Shown in pieces: positions 7,595 through 16,471 of a DNA stretch of 64,000 nucleotides. Position numbers and translations under genes: made by a program. The stretch lies in assembly GCA_002897735.1 (NCBI GenBank), contig BDTW01000034.1, forward strand, positions 37,230 to 101,229, read 5' to 3'. Source of the DNA: a bacterium BMS3Bbin13. Lineage in GTDB: Bacteria; Pseudomonadota; Gammaproteobacteria; 21-64-14. Positions within the stretch are counted from its first letter, which is position 1. Each line of letters starts with the position of its first letter. The notes below the pieces were generated by a model. The model saw only the letters and a program-made list of their open reading frames with translations. It had not been told where the DNA came from and searched no databases.

Positions 7595-7604
7595 TTGGTT
7601 AGGC
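7595..7604. other. integron core-site-like motif GTTAGGC (GCCTAAC on the gene strand, containing the region of the ORF stop); left copy of a 10-bp inverted repeat GTTAGGCATT
   Basis: GTTAGGC at 7598-7604 matches GTTRRRY. Its inverse GCCTAAC at 8051-8057 lies 23 bp upstream of the same gene's ATG. The flanks extend to 10/10 bp inverted identity (GGTTAGGCATT vs AATGCCTAACG). Confidence 0.5.
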
Positions 7605-7607
7605 ATT

Positions 7608-8027
7608 TTACTCTTCCCATACCGGATATTGCTCTGGCTTGTTGCCCGCCTCACTAACTACCCTTGGATAGCTTATGCCTTGCTTCGGTTTCTGAGGATT
7701 GTTTCTGGATTTTGTTATTTTAAACAACCAACTATCTCCATAATCGAACATATAATATAACCTTCTATCTTTTTCGAGCGGATATACGCTCTCTAAAGTC
7801 GTGCTATATATTCCTCCATCTTCATCATCAAATCGTATGCGATCACGGCTTCTTTCTGTTCTTGATATATAAAACTCATACAGATGATCATTATCAAACT
7901 CTACCGCATCCTGAATCGTAAAATGTAGGGATTCAAGAGTTGACGCGGAATCTATTTCAACTGTTGTTTGCCACTTTTCTTTCGCATAGGCGCCAAATAT
8001 TAATTCAATTTTAAAAGTCCAAATCAT
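7608..8027 (-). CDS. pRiA4b ORF-3-like family protein (hypothetical)
   Basis: 139 aa. ...YYMFDYGDSWLFKITK... matches the Y.FD(F/Y)GD.W.H.I motif of the plasmid pRiA4b ORF-3-like family. Low GC. Flanked by inverse core-like heptamers. Confidence 0.55.
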   Translation of the reverse strand: MIWTFKIELIFGAYAKEKWQTTVEIDSASTLESLHFTIQDAVEFDNDHLYEFYISRTERSRDRIRFDDEDGGIYSTTLESVYPLEKDRRLYYMFDYGDSWLFKITKSRNNPQKPKQGISYPRVVSEAGNKPEQYPVWEE

Positions 8028-8050
8028 TAAACTGGCCCTCTTTTTTCAAT

Positions 8051-8060
8051 GCCTAACGTA
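8051..8060. other. right copy of the inverted GTTAGGCATT motif (attI/attC-like core GCCTAAC on top strand)
   Basis: On the minus strand this reads GTTAGGC followed 23 nt later by the ATG of the first cassette-like ORF, i.e. the arrangement of an attI or attC R' site followed by a cassette. Confidence 0.45.
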
Positions 8061-8252
8061 TTAGCATTATATCCGACGTGCGCAGCATGGTGGATAAATG
8101 TATGTTGGGCTAAGCCGCCCATCAGGGTGGCGCTTACTTAATTTATAGGGAAATGTATTGGGTGGATCGATCGTGGCGCGATGGTGGCTGCGCGGATCTG
8201 CGCGCCGACGGCGCCTTCGGGTTCTGATTAACCATGCAGGATGCCTCTGTGA

Positions 8253-8534
8253 GGGTCGATTTTCGTCAATCTAACGCCGTTTCCATCGAAAAGCCAATCC
8301 AGGGCGTGCACACAGCGCGCTGTGCGCAACGCCGGGCGCCGGGCAGGCATCCACAAGAAGGCCTCTTGCCATACCTTCCGACACTGCTTCGCCACTCATC
8401 TTCTGGAACGGGGGCATGACATCCGCACGGTGCAGGAACTATTGGGGCACAAGGACGTAAAAACGACGATGATTTATACCCACGTGATCCAGCGCGGCGG
8501 GCACGGGGTACGGAGCCCGTTGGATGGGATGTGA
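8253..8534 (+). pseudogene. intI: integron integrase (IntI) C-terminal remnant, about 76 aa of about 320
   Basis: ...[73 protein letters not shown]. The HxxR...Y catalytic C-terminus plus the IntI-specific GVRSPLD tail; compare IntI1 ...[71 protein letters not shown]. Similarity stops at about 8305. An in-frame stop lies at 8250. Upstream is AT-rich non-coding. Confidence 0.75.
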
Positions 8535-8577
8535 GGCCGTGATGAAAGGCTGTGCATCGAGGGTACGGGGGATGTGT

Positions 8578-10020
8578 TTACCGGGCGGCCCCCGGCGCAC
8601 GCAGCAGGGTCCGGCCGTTGACTGTCAAGCGCCCCGAGTCGTAGCGCAGTACCGCTCGGCACTCGCCGCCGTCGCATTCCAGCAGGCCCCGGGCCTTCAG
8701 GGACTGCATTCGCTGTCGGCCCATCAACGTCGCCACCCGCACGATCTGTGCCGGGTCGAGTCTCTGCACGGCGCCTTTGCCGCGTGCGGCGAGCAGTTGC
8801 GAGCGCGCCCGGGTGACCAAGACCGCGCGCAGTACCGTCGTGGGGACGCGCAGTTCCGCATCGCCCACGAGCCGCTTCCACGCGTCAGGACCGGGCGTAA
8901 CGGACGCGGGGAGCTTCACGCGCCCGCGCAGCAGTACCGGGCCCGCCCCGGTACGCAGGCTCAGATCGAGGACGATCTCGGGTGAGCGGCGCAGCAGGTC
9001 GGGCAGTATCGCGAGCATCTGCCCGGCAAACCGGCGGCGGAGCGCCGCCGGGTCCGCGACCTGATCGCGCAGGCGGCGCATCGCCTTCTGCAGACGCACC
9101 ACGGCGTCCGTATCCAGACGAGCGATGCGTAATTCATAGATCAGGGGCCCGACCTCGATCGCACCGGCCCGGATCGTGCGCGCCCGCATCGCCATGCGCA
9201 CCGTCATGGCGCCGTCGTGTTCGGCGCCGGCACTGTGCAGATCCAGCCCCGTTACCGAGAGAGAGGTTCGTTTCGAGCCGGTCGCGGCGGCATCGAGGGA
9301 GGCCGCCCGCAGCGTCATCTCCCCCTGCATCAGCCCGGAGGGGGCGCGGCGGCTGTGGCCCTCCAGGCTCACGTCCCGCAGGCGCACGAAGGCGACGGGG
9401 CCGTCGATCTCCAGTCCCGGCGCCGTGAAGCGTTCGGTGACACGGCCGAAGTCGGCACTCCATCCGACCCGTCCGCGCAGGCCGCCCCACACGACCCGCT
9501 GCGCGCCATATGGGGCGGCCCGCAGTGGGCCGACACCACGGCCGGTCCCGGTCAGGCGCCAGGCCGGCATTCGCACATCGGTGTCGCTGCGCCCGGACAG
9601 GTACACCACGGTCACCGCTTCCAGGGGCTTGGCGGGGAGCCCCGAACCGGTCCCGAAACCGGACTTGGCATCGCCGATCAAAACGCTGTGGATCACCGCC
9701 AGCACCGGCGCCACGCCGTCGCGCCGGCCGGCCACCGGATACGGGCCGTGTTCGATCCGCTCATCGAGGTCGAAGCCGAACTGCGGCAGGGCCAGGGCGG
9801 GACCCGGTGGCGGGGTCAGGGTGACCCGGATCCGGGCGCGCGAGGAAAACCAGCCGCGTTCGTAGTCGACGATGCGCAGGCGAAACGGGCCGGCCCGCCC
9901 GGCCTCGCGCACTAAGGCGCGGACCTCCCGCTCGACACGGATCCCCATCCAGTACGGCAGGGCCAGGGCGGCTATCGCTACGGCCGTAGCCGCGGCGAGG
10001 ACGAGAACTTTCCTGGGCAT
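8578..10020 (-). CDS. DUF945 (YdgA-like) family protein, N-terminal membrane anchor
   Basis: About 480 aa from MPRKVLVLAAATAVAIAALALPYW...; ...IVDYERGWFSSRARIRVTL resembles the YdgA-family N-terminal motif (Y.RG.FSS). Confidence 0.45.
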   Translation of the reverse strand: MPRKVLVLAAATAVAIAALALPYWMGIRVEREVRALVREAGRAGPFRLRIVDYERGWFSSRARIRVTLTPPPGPALALPQFGFDLDERIEHGPYPVAGRRDGVAPVLAVIHSVLIGDAKSGFGTGSGLPAKPLEAVTVVYLSGRSDTDVRMPAWRLTGTGRGVGPLRAAPYGAQRVVWGGLRGRVGWSADFGRVTERFTAPGLEIDGPVAFVRLRDVSLEGHSRRAPSGLMQGEMTLRAASLDAAATGSKRTSLSVTGLDLHSAGAEHDGAMTVRMAMRARTIRAGAIEVGPLIYELRIARLDTDAVVRLQKAMRRLRDQVADPAALRRRFAGQMLAILPDLLRRSPEIVLDLSLRTGAGPVLLRGRVKLPASVTPGPDAWKRLVGDAELRVPTTVLRAVLVTRARSQLLAARGKGAVQRLDPAQIVRVATLMGRQRMQSLKARGLLECDGGECRAVLRYDSGRLTVNGRTLLRAPGAAR

Positions 10021-10187
10021 GGCGATTCCCGGCGCGGAGTGGAGTGAGGTTCCCGCCACGATCTCCCGCCGGCCGCGAATCCGGTCTCGGGATCTTCGAA
10101 TCGGACCCGGGTATCGGCCGGGAGGCTATGCGCTTTAACGGGTTGCGGGCCCTTGCACCTGCGGCCCGCTTCGGTTGAAATACGCTT

Positions 10188-10571
10188 ATGAGTGATCGAG
10201 CCACCTATCAGATCGACGTGCAGGTCGAATCCATGTACGTGGAAGAGCAGTCGGCACCGGCCGACCGTCGCTACGTGTTCGCCTACACGGTGACCATCCG
10301 CAACACCGGCGGGATCCCGGCCCAACTGCTGACGCGCCATTGGATCATCACCGATGCCAATGCCAAGGTTCAGGAGGTGCGCGGCGAGGGCGTCGTCGGC
10401 GAGCAGCCGCATCTCAGGCCCGGCGAGGGCTTTCAATATACCAGCGGCACGATGATCGAGACGCCCGTGGGCAGTATGCGGGGCAGCTACCGGATGCACG
10501 CCGACAACGGCGTCGATTTCGAGGCGGAGATTCCCCCCTTCACCCTCGCCGTACCGCGCGTCCTGCACTGA
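10188..10571 (+). CDS. apaG: Co2+/Mg2+ efflux protein ApaG (DUF525)
   Basis: 127 aa, ...RYVFAYTVTIRNTGG.PAQLL.RHWIITDANAKVQEV.GEGVVGEQPHL.PGE.FQYTSG... is a typical ApaG. Followed by apaH. Confidence 0.85.
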   Translation: MSDRATYQIDVQVESMYVEEQSAPADRRYVFAYTVTIRNTGGIPAQLLTRHWIITDANAKVQEVRGEGVVGEQPHLRPGEGFQYTSGTMIETPVGSMRGSYRMHADNGVDFEAEIPPFTLAVPRVLH

Positions 10572-10655
10572 CCGTCAAGTTCACGCCCCATCTGCGGGCC
10601 CGCTCCCCGCGGCGGCTCGCATCGGCCGTGGGCCCCGACCAGGGAATCCGGCGAC

Positions 10656-11492
10656 ATGGCCGTATATGCCATCGGCGATCTCCACGGCTGCCTCGACGAA
10701 TTGCGGCGGCTGCTGGAACGCCTGTCCTTCGATCCGGCGCACGACCGGCTGTGGTTCACAGGGGATCTCGTCAACCGCGGTCCGCACTCGCTCGAGTGCC
10801 TGCGTTTCGTGCGCGGGCTGGGCGAGAGGGCGGTGACGGTGCTGGGCAATCACGATCTACACCTGCTCGCCCGGACCGTGGGTGCCGCGGATGACCGTCA
10901 CGGCCGCGATACGCTCGATGCGGTATTGGCTGCGCCCGATCGCGGCGAACTCCTGGAATGGCTGCGGCGGCGCCCCCTGCTGCACCACGACCCGGCCCTC
11001 GGCTATACCCTGATCCACGCCGGCCTGCCGCCGCAGTGGGATCTGGCATCGGCACGTACCTGCGCCGTGGAAGTCGAACAGGCGCTGCAAGGACCGCAGT
11101 TCACGGAGCTGATGCTCCATCTCTACGGCAACCGGCCGAACCGCTGGAGCCCGAATCTGGCGGGCTGGGACCGGCTGCGGTTCAGCATCAATTGCTTCAC
11201 GCGCCTGCGCTATTGCAGCGACGACGGCCGGTTGGCCCTCGGGGAGAAAGGCCCGCCCGGCACGCAGCCGGCACCCTTCCGACCCTGGTTCTCCGTGCCG
11301 GGACGCGCGAGCGCCGGACTGCGCCTGATATTCGGGCACTGGTCGACGCTCGGGCCGTGTTCCGAACCGGGCGTCTTCCCGCTGGACACCGGCTGCGTGT
11401 GGGGGGGGCGCCTGACCGCGCTACGCCTCGACGGCGAACCGCACCGGACCCACGTCCCCTGTCCGACCGCCTGCACGCCCCGCGCCGACTGA
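10656..11492 (+). CDS. apaH: bis(5'-nucleosyl)-tetraphosphatase (symmetrical) ApaH
   Basis: MAVYAIGDLHGCLDELRRLL... is the metallophosphoesterase motif. 278 aa. The apaG-apaH pair is conserved. Confidence 0.9.
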   Translation: MAVYAIGDLHGCLDELRRLLERLSFDPAHDRLWFTGDLVNRGPHSLECLRFVRGLGERAVTVLGNHDLHLLARTVGAADDRHGRDTLDAVLAAPDRGELLEWLRRRPLLHHDPALGYTLIHAGLPPQWDLASARTCAVEVEQALQGPQFTELMLHLYGNRPNRWSPNLAGWDRLRFSINCFTRLRYCSDDGRLALGEKGPPGTQPAPFRPWFSVPGRASAGLRLIFGHWSTLGPCSEPGVFPLDTGCVWGGRLTALRLDGEPHRTHVPCPTACTPRAD

Positions 11493-11497
11493 CCGGG

Positions 11498-11989
11498 TCA
11501 GTCGGCGACCCGCTCCAGGGTCAGGAAAGTCATGGCGTGGGCATTGTCGGCGTCGGCCGGGTATTCCTCGCGCGCGCACTCGCGCCACGTGCCCGGCGCG
11601 AGTTCCGGAAAACGAGCGTCGCCCGACGGGCGCGCGTGCACCAGCGTCAGGTGGATACGCCGCGCGAGCGGGAGGGCCGTGCCGTAGATCTGCGCGCCGC
11701 CGATGATCATCGCCTCCTCGGCGGGCGTACACGCCGCCAATGCATCTTCCAACGAAGCGGCATGCACGCAACCCGGCGCCGAGAATGCGGGGTTGCGGCT
11801 CACCACGATATTCATGCGCTGTGGGAGCGCCCGGCCGATCGACTCATAGGTGCGCCGCCCCATGATCACCGGCCTGCCGAGAGTGATACGTTTGAAGTGC
11901 CGCAGATCCGCGGGCAGGTGCCAGGGCAGGCGCCCGTGCGTGCCGATCACGCGGTTCTCCGCCATCGCCGCCACCAGCGAGACGATCAT
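11498..11989 (-). CDS. folA: dihydrofolate reductase
   Basis: MIVSLVAAMAENRVIGTHGRLPWHLPADLRHFKRITLGRPVIMGRRTYESIG... is the DHFR signature. Confidence 0.9.
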   Translation of the reverse strand: MIVSLVAAMAENRVIGTHGRLPWHLPADLRHFKRITLGRPVIMGRRTYESIGRALPQRMNIVVSRNPAFSAPGCVHAASLEDALAACTPAEEAMIIGGAQIYGTALPLARRIHLTLVHARPSGDARFPELAPGTWRECAREEYPADADNAHAMTFLTLERVAD

Positions 11990-12028
11990 CCGCGCCGCCC
12001 GCCCCGGGCGGACGCGACCCGGTTTTCT

Positions 12029-12823
12029 TCAAACCGCGACCGGTGCCTTGATCGGATCATGACAGCGATAGTCCAGCAGTTCGAAGTCCTCGTAGCGGAA
12101 TCCGAACAAATCGTCGACCCGCGGATTCAGGCGCATCGTCGGCTGCGGGTAGGGGGTGCGGGAGAGTTGCAACCGGACCTGCTCGAGGTGGTTCAGGTAG
12201 AGGTGGGCGTCACCCAGCGTATGGATGAACTCCCCCGGCGCGAGTCCGCAGACCTGCGCCGTCATGAGCGTGAGCAGGGAATAGGAGGCGATATTGAACG
12301 GCAGCCCGAGGAAGATATCGGCGCTGCGCTGGTAGAGTTGGCACGAGAGCCGCCCGTCGGCGACGTAGAACTGGAACAGGACGTGGCAGGGCGGCAACGC
12401 CATACGCGGCAGCTCGCCCACGTTCCACGCACTGACCAGCAGCCGGCGCGAATCGGGATCGGTACGGATCGCCTCCACCACCTCGCGGATCTGGTCGATC
12501 CGCCGCCCGTCGGCCGCCGGCCAGGAGCGCCACTGGGAACCGTAGACCGGCCCGAGTTCGCCGCGCTCGTCGGCCCACTCGTCCCAGATATGGACACCGT
12601 TCTTTTGCAGATAGGCGATGTTCGTCTCGCCGCGCAGGAACCAGAGCAGTTCGTGGATGATCGACTTGAGGTGCAGCTTCTTGGTGGTGACCGCCGGGAA
12701 GCCGCGGGAGAGGTCGAAGCGCATCTGGTGACCGAACACGCTCAAGGTACCCGTACCGGTGCGGTCCCCCTTGCGGGTGCCGCACTCCGATACATGGCGC
12801 ATCAGTTCGAGATAGGCCTGCAC
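12029..12823 (-). CDS. thyA: thymidylate synthase
   Basis: 264 aa with ...[29 protein letters not shown]...[16 protein letters not shown]... (ThyA active-site region). Confidence 0.95.
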   Translation of the reverse strand: MQAYLELMRHVSECGTRKGDRTGTGTLSVFGHQMRFDLSRGFPAVTTKKLHLKSIIHELLWFLRGETNIAYLQKNGVHIWDEWADERGELGPVYGSQWRSWPAADGRRIDQIREVVEAIRTDPDSRRLLVSAWNVGELPRMALPPCHVLFQFYVADGRLSCQLYQRSADIFLGLPFNIASYSLLTLMTAQVCGLAPGEFIHTLGDAHLYLNHLEQVRLQLSRTPYPQPTMRLNPRVDDLFGFRYEDFELLDYRCHDPIKAPVAV

Positions 12824-12839
12824 GTTCGGGCGTCTTCCC

Positions 12840-13655
12840 TTATGGGGCGAGGGGCCGGGCCTGCCGGCGATAGGCCCACCACAACAGCAACGCGCCGGCG
12901 ACGATCATCGGGAACGAGAGCACCTGCCCCATGGTCAACCAGCCGAAGGCGAGGTAGCCGAGTTGCGGGTCCGGCATGCGCACGAATTCGACGGCGAAAC
13001 GGAATGTCCCGTAAAGCAGCAGGAACAACCCCGAAACGGCCATGATCGGGCGCGGCCTGCGCGAATAGAGCCACAGGATCGTGAACAGCACCACGCCTTC
13101 CAGAAACACCTCGTAGAGCTGCGAGGGCTGATGCGGCGCGCGACACAGGTACTGCGGAAAGCGGTCGCAGGGCAGCTTCATCGCCCACGGCAGGTTCGAG
13201 GCCTTGCCCCACAGTTCGCCGTTGATGAAGTTGCCGATGCGCCCCGCGCCGAGCCCGATCGGCACCAGCGGTGCCACGAAATCGGCGACCTGGAAGAACG
13301 CCTTGCCATAGCGGCGCCCGAACCACCACATCCCGGCCAGCACGCCCAGCAGGCCGCCGTGGAACGACATCCCGCCCTGCCAGACCTTCAACAGCACGAG
13401 CGGATTGTGCAGGAAACCCGGCAGGTCGTAGAACAGCATGTAGCCGATGCGCCCGCCCAGGATCACCCCCAGGAAGCCGTAGAACATCAGGTCCGCGACC
13501 TGATCGCGGTCCCAGTCCAAACCGGGCCGTGTCGCCCGCACGCGCGCCAGCCACCACGCCGCCGAGAAACCCACCAGGTACATGAGCCCGTACCAGCGCA
13601 CTTTGAGCGGCCCCAGGCTGAGCGCGATGGGACTGATGTCCGGATAGGTCAGCAT
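12840..13655 (-). CDS. lgt: prolipoprotein diacylglyceryl transferase
   Basis: 271 aa, ...[22 protein letters not shown]...[10 protein letters not shown]...HGGLLGVL... is the Lgt signature. The lgt-thyA adjacency is conserved. Confidence 0.9.
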   Translation of the reverse strand: MLTYPDISPIALSLGPLKVRWYGLMYLVGFSAAWWLARVRATRPGLDWDRDQVADLMFYGFLGVILGGRIGYMLFYDLPGFLHNPLVLLKVWQGGMSFHGGLLGVLAGMWWFGRRYGKAFFQVADFVAPLVPIGLGAGRIGNFINGELWGKASNLPWAMKLPCDRFPQYLCRAPHQPSQLYEVFLEGVVLFTILWLYSRRPRPIMAVSGLFLLLYGTFRFAVEFVRMPDPQLGYLAFGWLTMGQVLSFPMIVAGALLLWWAYRRQARPLAP

Positions 13656-13697
13656 GCCGTCGTCCCGTCGGTCGGCGCCCTGCGGGCGCCCGCGGTC

Positions 13698-14924
13698 TCA
13701 GAACCCGGCCCGCAGTACACGGGCGAACTCCGCCTTCAAATAACCGGTCTCGGCGATGGCCGGATGCACGGGGTGGTCGGCCGACTGCGAACCCTCGCCG
13801 ATTATCTGCAGGCTCCGATCGAGGTGCCGCGCGCCGTGCAGCAACAATCCCCGCAACTCCCCGCGACCCAGGTGGAAGGAGCACGAGCAGGATACCAGGA
13901 GTCCGTCCGGCTCCAGCACCTGCATGGCCATACGATTGAGCCTGCGATAGGCCTCCAGACCGGCCTTGAGATCCCGCTTGCGCTTGATGAACGCCGGGGG
14001 GTCCACGATCACCACGTCGTAGTGCTCGCGCGCGGCGCGCATCTCCCGCAGGACCTCGAAGGCATCGCCGAGGCGCACCGCAACCCGCTCCCCGACACCG
14101 TTGCGCCGGGCGTTGCCGGCCACACGATCGAGTGCGCGCGAAGCGGTGTCCACGCACATCACCCGCTCCGCGCCCGCGGCCGCCGCCTGGATCCCCCAGG
14201 CGCCCACGTAACTGAACAGGTCCAGGACGCTGCGCCCCGCTGCGAGGGACGCGAGTCGCGCCCGGTTCTCCCGCTGGTCGTAGTACCAGCCGGTCTTCTG
14301 CCCGTCCCGCAAGGGCACCGCGAACCGTACACCGTTCTCCACCACCTCCGCCTCTTCGGGCACCTCGCCCTCGGCCACCTCGACGTAGCGGTCCAATCCC
14401 TCCAGCGCGCGGATCGGCCCGTCGTTGCGCAGCAGCACACCGGAGGGTGCGAGCACCTTGCGCAGCGCCGCCAACACCTCCTCGCGCAGGCGCTCCATGC
14501 CCGCCGTGGTGATCTGCACCACGAGCACGTCGCCGTAGCGGTCCACCACCAGTCCGGGCAGGCCGTCGCCCTCGCCGTGCACCAGCCGGTAGTAGGGCTC
14601 GGAATAGAGCCGTCGGCGCAGCGCCAGCGCCACATTCAAACGATGAATGAGCAACGAGCGATCCAGCGTGCGATTCGGATCCCGGCTCACGATCCGGGCG
14701 CAGATCAGCGAATGAGGATTGACGTAACCGGTCCCCAAAGGCCGCCCGCCGCTCGCCTCGATGCGCACCACCTGACCCGGCGCGAACTCCGTAAGCGGGG
14801 TGCGCGCCACGTCCACCTCGTTGCTGAACACCCAGAGGTGGCCGGCGCGCAGCCGGCGGTCCTCGTGCGGCTTCAGCCGCAACGGCGCCGGTTCGGTATC
14901 CATGGAGGGGACGGGCATGCTCAT
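13698..14924 (-). CDS. rlmI: 23S rRNA (cytosine1962-C5)-methyltransferase RlmI (YccW)
   Basis: 408 aa, PUA-like N-terminus (LRLKPHEDRRLRAGHLWVFSNEV) plus a SAM-methyltransferase core (VLDLFSYVGAWGI..., ...VDPPAF...). Confidence 0.8.
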   Translation of the reverse strand: MSMPVPSMDTEPAPLRLKPHEDRRLRAGHLWVFSNEVDVARTPLTEFAPGQVVRIEASGGRPLGTGYVNPHSLICARIVSRDPNRTLDRSLLIHRLNVALALRRRLYSEPYYRLVHGEGDGLPGLVVDRYGDVLVVQITTAGMERLREEVLAALRKVLAPSGVLLRNDGPIRALEGLDRYVEVAEGEVPEEAEVVENGVRFAVPLRDGQKTGWYYDQRENRARLASLAAGRSVLDLFSYVGAWGIQAAAAGAERVMCVDTASRALDRVAGNARRNGVGERVAVRLGDAFEVLREMRAAREHYDVVIVDPPAFIKRKRDLKAGLEAYRRLNRMAMQVLEPDGLLVSCSCSFHLGRGELRGLLLHGARHLDRSLQIIGEGSQSADHPVHPAIAETGYLKAEFARVLRAGF

Positions 14925-15076
14925 GCAGGGTTCCGCGGGTACACCGGCGGGGCCGGATGCAATCGCGCCAGCATACGGCCTGACGGGCGATGCGGCAACA
15001 GCGGTCGCCGCGCCTGCCTGCGCCCCGGCTCCCGTATAATGGCGGCTGGCACGAGGATCGGAACCTACGGGGATCC

Positions 15077-15709
15077 ATGGCCAACCTCATCACCACGGCA
15101 CGGTTTCTGCTGCTCTATCTGCTCGTCTGGATGGCGTACCGGGCGCCCCCGGCCTGGCAGTTGCTCGACGCCCCCCTGGTAGTGGTGATCTTCGTGCTCG
15201 ACGGCATCGACGGCTACGTCGCGCGCCGGCGCGGTGAGTCCTCGCTGTTCGGCTCGGTGTTCGACATCGCCGTCGACCGCGTGGTCGAAAACGTCCTGTG
15301 GCTGGTACTCGGCGACCTCGGGCTGGTACCGATCTGGATCGCGATCCTTTTCGTGACGCGCGGCTTCCTGGTCGATTCGATCCGCAGCCGGGGCGCGGCG
15401 CGCGGCGAGACCCCGTTCGGCATGATGCGCTCCCCGCTCGGGCGCTTCCTGGTGGCGGGGCACTTCATGCGCGGCACCTATGGCGTGGTCAAGGCGACCG
15501 CCTTCGCCTGGCTGCTGATGATCCAGCCCTGGCCCATGCTGTTTCCGGCGCTCTGGGCGCAGTGGTCCGGGGTATTGCAGGGAATCGGCCACGGACTCGC
15601 CTATCTCGCGGTGCTGTTCTCGCTGGCGCGGGGCCTGCCGGTGATGGCCGAGTTTGCGCTGCGCAACGGACGGCCGCGGCGCACGCCGGGCGCGCGCGGG
15701 ACCCGCTAG
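15077..15709 (+). CDS. CDP-alcohol phosphatidyltransferase family protein
   Basis: The DGIDGYVARRRGESSLFGSVFDIAVD motif (D-G-x2-A-R-x8-G-x3-D-x3-D) with multiple TM segments. Confidence 0.7.
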   Translation: MANLITTARFLLLYLLVWMAYRAPPAWQLLDAPLVVVIFVLDGIDGYVARRRGESSLFGSVFDIAVDRVVENVLWLVLGDLGLVPIWIAILFVTRGFLVDSIRSRGAARGETPFGMMRSPLGRFLVAGHFMRGTYGVVKATAFAWLLMIQPWPMLFPALWAQWSGVLQGIGHGLAYLAVLFSLARGLPVMAEFALRNGRPRRTPGARGTR

Positions 15710-16353
15710 TGCGCCTGGTCCTGCTCGATCTCGACGGGACGCTGCTCGCCGGCGCCGGTTCCGAACAGCTCTTCATCCTCCACCTGCTGCGCAACGGCTT
15801 GATCGGCATCGGCCAGATCCGGGCCACGGCCGCCTTTCTGCTGCGCCACGCGCGCCGCTACGGCCCGGATGTCTGGAAGAAGGACAAGGCCTACCTCACC
15901 GGACTCGAGGTGCGGCGCCTGACGGCGATCGCCGAGGACTTCGTCCAGGGCTCGCTCCTGGGCCGCATCCGGCCCGTGATGCACGAACGTATGGCCGCGC
16001 ACCGCGAGGCGGGAGACACGTTGGCACTGCTCACGGGCTCCATCGAGATTATCGCCCGCCCCCTCGCCCGGGCGCTCGGCATCCCCCACCTGCGTGCCAC
16101 CGTCTGCGCCGTTGCCCGGGGGCACTTCAGTTCCGCCCCGCCCCTGCGCCATCCCTACGGCCCCGAAAAACTCGCACTCGCCCGGGATCTCGCCGACGAA
16201 ACGGGGTTGCCGCTGACCGAGGCCGCCGCCTACGCCGACTCCATCCACGACCTACCGCTGCTCGAGGCCGTGGCACGGCCGGTCGTCGTCCACCCGGGCC
16301 CCGGCCTGGCGCGCGCCGCGCGGCGTCGCGGGTGGGAGGTCCTGGCCGGGTAA
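15709..16353 (+). CDS. HAD-IB family hydrolase (phosphoserine phosphatase-like)
   Basis: Putative GTG start overlapping the upstream stop. VRLVLLDLDGTLL... is HAD motif I. ...AYADSIHDLPLLE is motif IV. Confidence 0.6.
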   Translation: MRLVLLDLDGTLLAGAGSEQLFILHLLRNGLIGIGQIRATAAFLLRHARRYGPDVWKKDKAYLTGLEVRRLTAIAEDFVQGSLLGRIRPVMHERMAAHREAGDTLALLTGSIEIIARPLARALGIPHLRATVCAVARGHFSSAPPLRHPYGPEKLALARDLADETGLPLTEAAAYADSIHDLPLLEAVARPVVVHPGPGLARAARRRGWEVLAG

Positions 16354-16471
16354 GGCCGGTGGTAGCCCGCGCAAGGCACGCACGCCCGAGCCGGATTCTC
16401 ACCGGCGTTCGTCGCGGGGGCGCCGGTGGGCCGGGGACGGAGAGCGCGGGACGCCGAAGGCGCGGCCGACA

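Noticed and set aside
7355-7654. Minus-strand ORF 7355-7654 (99 aa)
   Set aside because: It runs through the 141-bp repeat and the 25-bp perfect hairpin, so it is most likely non-coding.
8030-8320. Search for the missing N-terminal 250 aa of intI
   Set aside because: The stretch is AT-rich and has stops in all frames. IntI similarity begins only at about 8305, so the gene is truncated rather than frameshifted.
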